NCBI GenBank assembly: GCA_950097015.1
Contig: CATNEN010000026.1
Location: forward strand, 1,364,001-1,428,000
DNA length: 64,000 nucleotides
DNA from: Macrostomum hystrix
Taxonomy: Eukaryota > Animalia > Platyhelminthes
Direction of reading: 5' to 3'
Shown: positions 50,223-61,742 of the stretch, one piece after another
Position numbering within the stretch: the stretch's first letter is position 1
How the letters are laid out: the number at the start of each line of letters is the position of its first letter
Notes under the pieces: model-generated
Database searches by the model: none
Seen by the model: only the letters and a program-made list of their open reading frames with translations
Told to the model about the DNA's origin: nothing
Position numbers and translations under genes: made by a program

Positions 50223-51154
50223 CTCACTCCTGCTCATTCACCAAATGATTGCCCGTGAATGAGCTGGAGAGAGGTAGAATGGGCATTGTCTCTCGATTGT
50301 CAGCAATTGGTATAAAATGTAGCACCCATTGATGGTCTCTGCTACAATTTGTCATGCATTTTTACGCTCGTATTTCAATCTTTGTCGCACAGAAAATTGA
50401 ATTACAAGTATTATGAAAGGAAATGATGAAAGTGATAGAAGATGGGCAGACAGAGATGGAGATACCTGCAGTGGGCCACACGATTTGACAAGACCGCCTA
50501 TTAATTCTATTGTGTTCGCATTGCTAATTAGCTAAACAAGTCTTTGTCTAGTACGCGGAATGAATACGCCGATCTCATTGTTCTGCATTAATGAGTCTTT
50601 GTCTGGCAATTGCAACAAATTTTCCAATAATTAGAATACAGAAAATTCACCCTTGTCCCTCGATTTTCTTAACGTTTCTGATCTCTTTAACACACTTGCA
50701 GTGAGTTTATATAATCGTAGATAATAGGCATATATCTTAAAACGATTGGCGACTTGACTGACACATTGCTGATTTCTATATTCGATAAGCAACGATTGTT
50801 ACAGCTTTAAATAGCAAATCTATTAGCTAATTGTGTTCAAGCAATTTATTGATTATTTCACTAGAAACTTTACTGCAACAACTTCTTAGCTCTTCTGCTT
50901 TTAGCTACACGGAAACACTGCATCCTTTCACAAAGAATAATTGATTTTCTCCATAAAACAACTTTCTCTTTTGTCTTGTCTATTCTTTGCGATCACTTCC
51001 GCATTGTATTGTTGCAGAGAAAGCAGATACTACCGGAAAAAAGTCCCCGCCAAGCAATGATTTCCCGAACCAGTGAAGGATGACTGTGGCTTGTCCCATT
51101 AGACCTAAGAAAAAGTGTCAATTAGCTTAAATTTCATTAAACTGAAGAAACCGA

Positions 51155-51319
51155 GACACTGCAGTGCTTCAAATTCGCACAGTTGTTAAATGAGAAATTT
51201 ACTGAATTAGTTGTTCGATATTTAGGGTGGGTGTGTCGTCCCCCCAGTCCATGGACTGAACAGCTGTACGCAGCCTTCAGATGCGCCGCGCAATAGCTGC
51301 GTCTGTGCTGTCGGCTGCA
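51155..51319 (+). mobile_element. 5'-truncated copy of the CORE-like SINE (copy 3)
   Basis: GGGTGGGTGTGTCGTCCCCCCAGTCCATGGACTGA...GCAGCCTTCAGATGCGCCGCGC...GTGCTGTCGGCTGCA matches the 3' half of copies 1 and 2. Confidence 0.75.
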
Positions 51320-51949
51320 CATCAACAGTTTTTTAATCTGTAGTTTCATTAACAGAATTGCTAAATTTGTAAATTTCTTTTATACCCTACCAATAACAGT
51401 GGGGTTGTCTCTAAATTCCTGAACATTTGCGATGTGGTATGCATTGAAAAAAAACTAGATTGTAATTCTTTAACTGCAATCCCACTTGAAGCCATGCAGC
51501 TAAAAATCTGTTATGCAGCAGAAAATTGTTGTATCATATTTCATTCTCCAAACCTCTTTGGCTCTTTCTCTGCGGAGTCAAAGATTTCAATTGTGTCGCT
51601 AGTTTATATACATATATATATATGTAACAAGCATCAGACATCTAACAACCGCCTAGCATTTTCTCACGCTGCTCTGTTTCCAGACTGATTGTTATTAGAT
51701 AGCCTTCTTAGCAGCTGCTCCTCCCACCGAGAACCAGGAAAGACACACATAACGCGCAGAGAAACAGCGACTATACAGAGGGCCTGGACTTCTTCATCTT
51801 GCCTTGTCTTCTCTTGGCTTTATATTCGATACCTAGCCAAATTCAATACCCCCAGGCTGAACTCCGGGAAACGATACGAAAGCTAATACATTAATTATCT
51901 AAAGCTGTATGACCACACAACTGTGACAGCAGGCTGCGAAAATTGAAAT

Positions 51950-53990
51950 CAGAAATGATCTAGGACAGTGACTCTGCTAACCTGATGATCTAGGACAGTG
52001 ACACTGCTAACTTGATGATCTAGGACAGTGACACTGCTAACTTGATGATCTAGGACAGTGACACTACTGACTTGATGATCTAGGACAGTGACACTGCTAA
52101 CTTGATGATCTAGGACAGTGACACTGCTAACCTGATGATCTAGGACAGTGACACTGCTAACCTGATGATCTAGGACAGTGACACTGCTAACCTGATGATC
52201 TAGGACAGTGACACTGCTAACCTGATGATCTAGGACAGTGACACTGCTAACTTGATGATCTAGGACAGTGACACTGCTAACTTGATGATCTAGGACAGTG
52301 ACACTACTGACTTGATGATCTAGGACAGTGACACTGCTAACTTGATGATCTAGGACAGTGACACTGCTAACCTGATGATCTAGGACAGTGACACTGCTAA
52401 CCTGATGATCTAGGACAGTGACACTGCTAACCTGATGATCTAGGACAGTGACACTGCTAACTTGATGATCTAGGACAGTGACACTGCTAACTTGATGATC
52501 TAGGACAGTGACACTACTGACTTGATGATCTAGGACAGTGACACTGCTAACTTGATGATCTAGGACAGTGACACTGCTAACTTGATGATCTAGGACAGTG
52601 ACACTACTGACTTGATGATCTAGGACAGTGACACTGCTAACTTGATGATCTAGGACAGTGACACTACTGACTTGATGATCTAGGACAGTGACTCTGCTAA
52701 CTTGATGATCTAGGACAGTGACACTGCTAACTTGATGATCTAGGACAGTGACACTGCTAACCCGATGATCTAGGACAGTGACACTACTAACTTGACGATC
52801 TAGGACAGTGACACTACTAACTTGATGATCTAGGACAGTGACACTGCTAACTTGATGATCTAGGACAGTGACACTACTAACTTGATGATCTAGGACAGTG
52901 ACACTACTAACTTGATGATCTAGGACAGTGACACTGCTAACTTGATGATCTAGGACAGTGACACTACTGACTTGATGATCTAGGACAGTGACACTGCTAA
53001 CCCGATGATCTAGGACAGTGACACTACTAACTTGACGATCTAGGACAGTGACACTACTAACTTGATGATCTAGGACAGTGACACTGCTAACTTGATGATC
53101 TAGGACAGTGACACTACTGACTTGATGATCTAGGACAGTGACACTACTGACTTGATGATCTAGGACAGTGACACTGCTAACTTGATGATCTAGGACAGTG
53201 ACACTACTAACTTGATGATCTAGGACAGTGACACTGCTAACCTGATGATCTAGAACAGTGACACTGCTAACCTGATGATCTAGGACAGTGACACTACTAA
53301 CTTGACGATCTAGGACAGTGACACTACTAACTTGATGATCTAGGACAGTGACACTGCTAACTTGATGATCTAGGACAGTGACACTGCTAACTTGATGATC
53401 TAGGACAGTGACACTACTAACTTGATGATCTAGGACAGTGACACTACTAACTTGATGATCTAGGACAGTGACACTGCTAACTTGATGATCTAGGACAGTG
53501 ACACTACTAACTTGATGATCTAGGACAGTGACACTGCTAACCTGATGATCTAGGACAGTGACACTGCTAACCTGATGATCTAGGACAGTGACACTGCTAA
53601 CTTGATGATCTAGGACAGTGACACTGCTAACCTGATGATCTAGGACAGTGACACTGCTAACCTGATGATCTAGGACAGTGACACTGCTAACCTGATGATC
53701 TAGGACAGTGACACTGCTAACCTGATGATCTAGGACAGTGACACTGCTAACTTGATGATCTAGGACAGTGACACTGCTAACCTGATGATCTAGGACAGTG
53801 ACACTACTAACTTGATGATCTAGGACAGTGACACTGCTAACCTGATGATCTAGGACAGTGACACTGCTAACCTGATGATCTAGGACAGTGACACTGCTAA
53901 CTTGATGATCTAGAACAGTGACACTGCTAACCTGATGATCTAGGACAGTGACACTACTAACTTGATGATCTAGGACAGTGACACTGCTAA
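51950..53990 (+). repeat. 30-bp array A TGATGATCTAGGACAGTGACACTGCTAACC (~68 copies)
   Basis: Direct reading. Confidence 0.98.
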
Positions 53991-53994
53991 CAGT

Positions 53995-54910
53995 CAACCT
54001 GAAAATCTGGAAAAGGTGACAGTCACAACCTGAGGATCTGGGAAGGTGACAGTCACAACCTGAGGATCTGGGAAGGTGACAGTCACAACCTGAGTATCTG
54101 GGAATGTGACAGTCACAACCTGAGGATCTGGGAAGGTGACGGTCACAACCTGAGGATCTGGGAATGTGACAGTCACAACCTGAGGATCTGGGAATGTGAC
54201 AGTCACAACCTGAGGATCTGGGAATGTGACAGTCACAACCTGAGGATCTGGGAATGTGACAGTCACAACCTGAAGATCTGGGAAGGTGACAGTCACAACC
54301 TGAGGATCTGGGAAGGTGACGGTCACAACCTGAGGATCTGGGAAGGTGACGGTCACAACCTGAGGATCTGGGAATGTGACAGTCACAACCTGAGGATCTG
54401 GGAAGGTGACAGTCACAACCTAAGGATCTGGGAAGGTGACAGTCACAACCTGAGGATCTGGGAAGGTGACAGTCACAACCTGAGGATCTGGGAATGTGAC
54501 AGTCACAACCTGAGGATCTGGGAATGTGACAGTGACAACCTGAGGATCTGGGAATGTGACAGTCACAACCTGAGTATCTGGGAATCTGACAGTCACAACC
54601 TGAGGATCTGGGAAGGTGACGGTCACAACCTGAGGATCTGGGAATGTGACAGTCACAACCTGAGGATCTGGGAATGTGACAGTCACAACCTGAGGATCTG
54701 GGAATGTGACAGTGACAACCTGAGGATCTGGGAATGTGACAGTCACAACCTGAGGATCTGGGAATGTGACAGTGACAACCTGAGGATCTGGGAATGTGAC
54801 AGTCACAACCTGAGGATCTGGGAAGGTGACAGTCACAACCTGAGGATCTGGGAAGGTGACGGTCACAACCTGAGGATCTGGGAATGTGACAGTCACAACC
54901 TGAGGATCAG
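53995..54910 (+). repeat. 30-bp array B TGAGGATCTGGGAAGGTGACAGTCACAACC (~30 copies)
   Basis: Direct reading; 22/30 identical to array A. Confidence 0.98.
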
Positions 54911-55669
54911 TGGACCAAAAGTTCCTCGAAGGTCAGGGCAGCTATGACTAGGAAATTAGCCATGTTGATCGAACAGCATGAAGTCTTTTTTTTCAGTAAA
55001 TAGTTTTTTTGCACATCAAAAAAATTCTAAATGGCATTTTACATTTAAATTTGTTTTTAGTACTCTGTTTTTAATTAGTTCTTTCTCCAGTGTAATGTAG
55101 CGATGTAACGATTTCGTAAGTGGCTCTTTTGTCGACCTTAAGCAGGTTAATTAAATTTCTAAATATTTAGTGTTTAACAGGTTGTTAAGTAATAAAACAT
55201 AGTTTTTTTCTTTCGCAACTTTCATTTAATGCTAGATTGCAACTGTCCAACTTGTTGGCTTACTAACAAAACGTGCCGCTTCTAACGGCATTGCTATAGT
55301 TCAGAAACCGAGAATTTCTCACTATTTCCATATATCCTTCTTTGCTGATTTATCTAATCCCGTGGGAAAAGCAAATGCAAAAGACTATTTCTGAAGGGTA
55401 GGATTTGTTAAAACTGACACTTCTAGTCGTAAATTGCTTCCCTCTCCGGGAACTTCGTCAGAAAAAATGTTAGAAATCTATATTTTAAGAATGATAGTAG
55501 ACACAATAAATACCATTAAGATTACCTATTGGTCTAATTCTGCCTAGTATATTAAAAATAACAAATCAATGATCCTGGACCAAAATGACAAAACCACTAG
55601 ATCGATCCAAAACTGAAAATCCAACTCAAAATTCTCAAATCCCATATTTCTTACTAATATGCCTGGTTC

Positions 55670-56190
55670 AAAACTCAGATCCCAAGCTCAGATCCGAGAT
55701 CCCAAACTGAGATCCCAGATCCCAAGCTCAGATCCCAGATCCGAAACTCAGATCCCTGATCACCAAGTCAGATCCCAGATCCCAGATCCCAAACTCAGAT
55801 CCCTGATAACAAACTGAGATCCCAGATCCCAAACTCAGATCCCAGATCCGGAACTCAGATCCCAGATCCCAGATCCCAAGCTCAGATCCCTGATAAAAAA
55901 CTCAGATCCCAGATCCTAAACTGAGATCCCAGATCCCAAGCTCAGATCCCTGATAACAAACTCAGATCCCAGATCCTAAACTGAGATCCCAGATCCCAAG
56001 CTCAGATCCCTGATAACAAACTCAGATCCCAGATCCTAAACTGAGATCCCAGATCCCAAGCTCAGATCCCTGATAACAAGCTCAGATCCCAGATCTTAAA
56101 CTGAGATCCCAGATCCCAAGCTCAGATCCCTGATAACAAACTCAGATCCCAGATCCTAAACTGAGATCCCAGATCCCAAGCTCAGATCCA
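55670..56190 (+). repeat. 20-bp/60-bp composite array CTCAGATCCCAGATCCCAAA, upstream of Notch exon 4
   Basis: The 60-base lines starting 55921 and 55981 are identical. Confidence 0.92.
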
Positions 56191-56233
56191 GAGCTCATGT
56201 TCCAACCCAGCAACCAAACCTTGATTTCCACAG

Positions 56234-56840
56234 GCAGCCGATGCGAAATCAGCATGGACAGATGCTCATCTGCCGGCTCCCCCTGCCTCAATGGCGGCAC
56301 CTGCCAGCGCTCGGTCAGCGGCTTCCGCTGCCTCTGCCCAGCCGGCTGGTTCGGCGAGCGCTGCGCCAGCCGCTCGAATCCCTGCCAGTCGGCGCCCTGC
56401 GCCAATTCAGCCGCCTGTCGCGCCACGCCGGACTGGCTGAACTTCAGCTGCGACTGCTCCTCGGCTGTTGGCGGCTTTCAAGGCCCCCTCTGTCAGGCAG
56501 ACATCGACGAGTGCCTGGCTGGCCGCTGCAGTTCCGCAGGCACCGAGCGCTGCATCAACACCGTCGGCTCCTATAAATGTGTCTGTAGACCCGGCTTCGA
56601 AGGCGACGTGTGCGACAAGCCGACCGAGCCGTGCTCCCGAGTTCGATGTCTGAACGGCGGCCAATGCGACTCCCGCACCGGCGCTTGCCGATGCCCGCCA
56701 GACTTTGGCGGTGGCGACTGTTCTTACAGGAAAGACAACTGCTTCCCGCATCCGTGCTTCAGTGGCGGCCAGTGCCGCGACTTTGTTGACAGCTATTCGT
56801 GCGAGTGCCCACCGGACTTCGCCGGCCCGAGCTGCGAATT
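56234..56840 (+). CDS. NOTCH: Notch-like receptor, exon 4 (EGF6 end to EGF11)
   Basis: GSRCEISMDRCSSAGSPCLNGGTC...DIDECLAGRC...CPPDFAGPSCE; CCACAG acceptor, GTTAGT donor. Confidence 0.92.
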
Positions 56841-56899
56841 GTTAGTTCTTGTTGGTTTACAATAAAAGCATTGACAAATTATTCTCAAATCCAAGAACT

Positions 56900-57415
56900 C
56901 AAAACTCTAATCTGAAATCCCAAACTCAAATCCTAGATCCCAAACTCAATTCCTAGATCCCAAACTCAAATCCTAGATCCCAAACTCAGATCCCAGATCT
57001 CAGATCCCAGATCCCAAACTCAATTCCTAGATTCCAAACTCAAATACTAGATCCCAAACTCAATTCCTAGATCCCAAACTCAAATCCTAGATCCCAAACT
57101 TAAATACTAGATCCCAAACTCAATTCCTAGATCCCAAACTCAATTCCTATATTCCAAACTCAAATACTAGATCCCAAACTCAATTCCAAGATCCCAAACT
57201 TAAATCCTAGATCCCAAACTCAATTCCTAGATCCCAAACTCAAATCCTAGATCCCAAACTCAAATCCCATATCCCAAACTCAATTCCTAGATTCAAAAAT
57301 CAAATCCTAGATCCCAAACTCAAATCCTAGATCCCAAACTCAAATCCCAGTTCCCAAACTCAGATACTAGATCCCAAACTCAATACTCAAATCCTAGATC
57401 CCAAACTCAAATCTG
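56900..57415 (+). repeat. 20-bp array CTCAAATCCTAGATCCCAAA, downstream of Notch exon 4
   Basis: Direct reading; homologous to 55670-56190. Confidence 0.92.
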
Positions 57416-57510
57416 AATGTAGGTGCCGGTTCAAATAAAAGTAAAATGCAGTGCATCATTTTGTGTCGGCTTAGCAAACTTGAATCTACTCGTACAAACA
57501 AAATCGTCAG

Positions 57511-57925
57511 GTTCGTACACTGTTCAAAATCGTCCTGCCTGGGCCGTGGCGAGTGTCTTCAACGGCGCGCCAACGGCACCAACCAATTCGCCTGCCGATG
57601 CCAGCCCGGATTCTTCGGCGAATTCTGTCAGCACAGGTCGGCCAGCGGCAATGTTGGCCAAGTTCTCAATGGCCGCTGCATCGATTCGTTGTGCTCTAAC
57701 AGAGGCCGCTGCTTCGAAAACGACCAAGCTAACCCAGGCGAAGACGCCGTCATCTGCCAGTGTAGTCCGGGCTTCGTCGGCAGCCGCTGCGAGTGGCGCC
57801 AGGACGCCTGCCAGGTCGCAGCGGAGCGTGCCGGCCAGCGAGGCCCCTGCCAGAATGGCGGCGTCTGCGAGAACAGCGACTCGGCTCCGGCCGGCTACAG
57901 GTGCAACTGCCGGGATGGATTTCAG
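57511..57925 (+). CDS. NOTCH: Notch-like receptor, exon 5 (EGF12-14)
   Basis: FVHCSKSSCLGRGEC...CQNGGVCENSDSAPAGYRCNCRDGFQ; phase 2/0; donor GTGAGC. Confidence 0.88.
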
Positions 57926-58054
57926 GTGAGCGGCGGCAATAGTGATGTGTCAGACACTTTCACTCTTTGCTTATCCCATTTCCTCTTTTCTAAATCCCTT
58001 TCACTCTTTCCTATCCCATTCCTTTTTTTCCTTTTTTCTTATCTGATTCCCTCC

Positions 58055-58580
58055 TTTTATTGTTTCATCCCCTCTTTTCCCAAATCTCACCCCTCTTTTC
58101 CCTGTCTCATCCCCTCTTTTCCCAAGTCTCACCCCTCTTTTCCCTGTCTCATCCTCTCTTTTCCCAAGTCTCACCCCTCTTTTCCCTGTCTCATCCCCTC
58201 TTTTCCCTGTCTCATCCCCTCTTTTCCCTGTCTCATCCCCTCTTTTCCCTGTCTCATCCCCTCTTTTCCCTGTCTCATCCCCTCTTTTCCCAAGTCTTAC
58301 CCCTCTTTTCCCTGTCTCATCCCCTCTTTTCCCTGTCTCATCCCCTCTTTTCCCTGTCCCATCCCCTCTTTTCCCAAGTCTCACCCCTCTTTTCCCAAGT
58401 CTCACCCCTCTTTTCCCAAGTCTCACCCCTCTTTTCCCAAGTCTCACCCCCTCTTTTCCCAAATCTCACCCCTCTTTTCCCTGTCTCATCCCCTCTTTTC
58501 CCAAGTCTCACCCCCTCTTTTCCCAAATCTCACCCCTCTTTTCCCTGTCTCATCCCCTCTTTTCCCTGTCTCATCCCCTG
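58055..58580 (+). repeat. 21-bp C/T-rich array CCCCTCTTTTCCCTGTCTCAT
   Basis: Direct reading. Confidence 0.93.
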
Positions 58581-59165
58581 TTTTGCCTCCCCAAAGTCTG
58601 TCCTTTTTCTCGCCAGTTTCCGCGTCACCTCTCTTTTGGGTCATTCTCACCTTCGTTGCCGCTGTTAATTCTCACTACGATGCAGCCAGATTGAGCCAGA
58701 ATTTAATATTGGCCTGAATGACTCTCAGTCTCAGTCCTAAATCCTTAATCGGAGATTCGCAATCAGCGAGGCGGGCAGAATTTAGTTTGCGGCTCATTTT
58801 CCCCATCGTTAAGTCGCCATCCGGGGCCGGACAGGTGAGAGAGATAATTGCATTTCTGTCTCTCAGATTCAGCTGCTCAATTTGATCAGATTGAGCAGAC
58901 AGTCGCTTGACACTTTCTGCTAATCTCAATTACCAATGGGCAACGATTCTCACGCTAGTGTTGAGTTGTTGCATTTTAGTAAGGAATCGAATGATGACGC
59001 GATTGAATGGAATAATGGCACGTTGGAATGAAAAAATGACACGATAGAACGAAATAATGACACAATAGAATGGAATAATGACACTATATAATTAAATAAT
59101 GACACAATGGAATAGAATCGGAGTCTTATGAAATGGATAAAATGTCATGATTATTCAAATGGCAG

Positions 59166-59788
59166 GGCTATCACTGCGAGGGCAACATTGACGAGTGCTC
59201 AACGAATTCCTGCTCGGCGGAGGGCACGGAGGCCTGCATTGACGGTATTAACAGGTTCACCTGCCTCTGTAGACCGGGCTACACTGGCCGGCTGTGCAAT
59301 CTGTCTATAGACTATTGCCGGCAGCAGCACAACGCCAGCGCAGCCCCTCCGGCCTGTCGGAACGGCGGCATCTGCCGGTCGATCAACCGACCGTCTCATC
59401 TGCCCGCATTGTCTAATAAGCAACAAAAATTGTCGGCCAAATTCACTCCGGGCGCTGTGTGCGACTGTCCGTCGGGTTTCTACGGCCCCCTCTGCCAGTT
59501 CAAAGTCGACCTGTGCTCATCTATGCCGCCTGACAAAGCCTGCCTCAACGGTGGCATCTGCGAGGCTGTCAGCGATAATTTGACTCGATGCCTCTGCCCC
59601 GATGGCACAGCCGGGTTGCGCTGCGAAGTCGACTATTTAAATGCGTGCCGCGACGGCGTCAGTCCCTGCCACGGTAACGGCTCGGAGTGCCGCGACCTGC
59701 CCGACGGTTTCCGCTGCAGATGCCAGCCGGGACTGTGCGGCCCGACCTGCTCGGAGGAGTGTCCCACGTTTGAGCTGCAGCGCACCGA
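59166..59788 (+). CDS. NOTCH: Notch-like receptor, exon 6 (EGF14 end to EGF18)
   Basis: GYHCEGNIDECSTNSC...CRPGYTGRLC...CHGNGSECRDLPDGFRCRCQPGLCGPTC; phase 0/2; donor GTATGA. Confidence 0.88.
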
Positions 59789-59829
59789 GTATGACTAGCG
59801 CGAGTGCTCTTTGTCTAGTCTAGCTTGCT

Positions 59830-60555
59830 GACATCAGAGAATAGAGATGGAAGAGAAGGAGAATGGAGATGGAAGAGAACGAGAATAGAGATGGAAGAGA
59901 GAGTAGAGATGGGAGAGAGGGAGAATAGAGATGAGAGGGAGAATAATAGAGATGGGAGAGAAGGAGAATAGAGATGGGGAGAGGGAGAATAGAGATGGAA
60001 GAGAAGGAGAATAGAGATGGGAGAGAAGGAGAATAGAGATGGAAGAGAAGGAGAATAGAGATGGGAGAGAAGGAGAATAGAGATGGGAGAGAAGGAGAAT
60101 AGAGATGGGAGAGAGAAGGAGAATGAAGATAAGGAAGAAGGAGGATAGAGTTGGAAGAGAGAGTAGAGATAGGAGAGAGGGAGAATAGAGATGGAAGAGA
60201 AGGAGAATAGAGATGGGAGAGAAGGAGAATAGAGATGGGAGAGAAGGAGAATAGAGATAGGGAGAGGGAGAATAGAGATGGAAGAGAAGGAAAATAGAGA
60301 TGGAAGAGAAGGAGAATAGAGATGGGAGAGAAGGAGAATAGAGATGGAAGAGAAGGAAAATAGAGATGGAAGAGAGAAGGAGAATGAAGATAAGGAAGAA
60401 GGAGGATAGAGTTGGAAGAGAGAGTAGAGATAGGAGAGAGGGAGAATAGAGATGAGAGAGAGGGATAATATAGATGGGGAGACGGGGAATAGAGATGGGG
60501 TTGAGGGAGAATAAATGTGAGAGAGAGAGGGAGAATAGAGATAAGGAAAAAGGAG
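59830..60555 (+). repeat. ~22-bp purine-rich array GAGAATAGAGATGGGAGAGAAG
   Basis: Direct reading; fills Notch intron 6. Confidence 0.93.
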
Positions 60556-60626
60556 AATAGATACACTTCAAGCTATTATGGTTCAATTATACAGAAGTCT
60601 ACGATGCCGAATTTCCGCCGCCACAG

Positions 60627-61293
60627 GTGCCTAAACCTGGGCTGTCCGATGATTGCCGGAGACGGCAAATGCGACCAGGCGTGCAACAGCCTGGCCTGCG
60701 ACTGGGACGGTGGCGACTGTGCCTTCGGCTGGCAGCCCTGGTCAAACTGCAGCGCCGCTCGCAGCGGCGACCTCGGCGGCTGCGTGGCCGGCTACGCCGA
60801 CGGCCTCTGCCAGCCGGAGTGTGGCGATCAGCGCTGCCTGTTCGACGGCGGCGACTGCGACGCCGCCGCGCGGCCAGCCGGCAATGCCGACGCCGCCACT
60901 GCCTGCGAATTCGAAGCCTACTGCAAGTCGCACTTCGCCGACGGTCGCTGCGACTCCGGCTGCGACAACGCCGCCTGCCTGTTCGACGGCGGCGACTGCC
61001 TACTGAGGCCGGGACACCCGCAGCCGCTCCCGCTGCAGCCGCCGCCGACGCTGCCAACCGCCGGCCTCCTGGAGCTGTTCTTAGCCGTCAATAGCAGCGA
61101 ATTGCGTCCGGGCAGCGATGCCGAGAGGCAGTTCGCCAGGAGCCTCAGTCAGCGGCTCGGCTGTCTAGTTCAACTTGCCGCCCAGCCCGCTTCGACAGCA
61201 GGAGCCACCGTCAACTTCAGCATCGTTTTCTACAGCCTCGGCGTCTGCCATCGGCCCGATCGGTGCTTCACCAGCGCTGACTATGCGGCACAG
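60627..61293 (+). CDS. NOTCH: Notch-like receptor, exon 7 (3 LNR repeats + NOD/HD)
   Basis: CLNLGCPMIAGDGKCDQACNSLACDWDGGDC; CQPECGDQRCLFDGGDC; YCKSHFADGRCDSGCDNAACLFDGGDC; FARSLSQRLGC...CHRPDRCFTSADYAAQ. Confidence 0.93.
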
Positions 61294-61329
61294 GTTGGCA
61301 AAGCTGCTTTGCACTTCTACTCGTTAGAA

Positions 61330-61605
61330 TCTTTTTCCCAATCCCCATATTGGAGTCGCCATTCTCCCAAATCCTCAAATTGTGATCGTCATCCTTCCAG
61401 ATCCTCAAATTGGGATCGCCATCCTTCCAGATCCTCAAATAGGGATCGCCATCCTTCCAGATCCTTAAATAGGGATTGTCATCCTTCCAGATCCTCATAT
61501 TGGGATCGCCATCCTCCTTGATCCTCAAATTGGTCCTCTTCCTGATCCTCAATTTGGGATCGCCATCCTCCCAGATCCTCAAATAGGGATCGCCATTCTC
61601 CCAGA
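61330..61605 (-). repeat. 30-bp array, inverted homolog of array B (TGAGGATCTGGAAGGATGGCGATCCCAATT on minus strand)
   Basis: About 23 of 31 aligned positions match array B. Confidence 0.8.
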
Positions 61606-61742
61606 AATTAACATAAGAACAAAGGAATCATTTTTCTTAAAACCTCTGGTTTTAGTCGCCAGCCTCTCAGATCCGAAAAGTCCATTCCTAACAGATTCCA
61701 AACTAAATTTGGGATTAATTTCTCCCCACCTCTGCACCGCAG

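Noticed and set aside
47492-54896. KISPSYCSY, QVSSVTVLDH and VTVTFPDPQ repeat ORFs
   Set aside because: Monomer lengths divisible by three; antisense within Notch introns; no splice or start context
55361-55368. Perfect CSL site CGTGGGAA in Notch intron 3 (also TGTGGGAA near 31115)
   Set aside because: One or two 8-mer hits are expected by chance in 64 kb on two strands; unpaired
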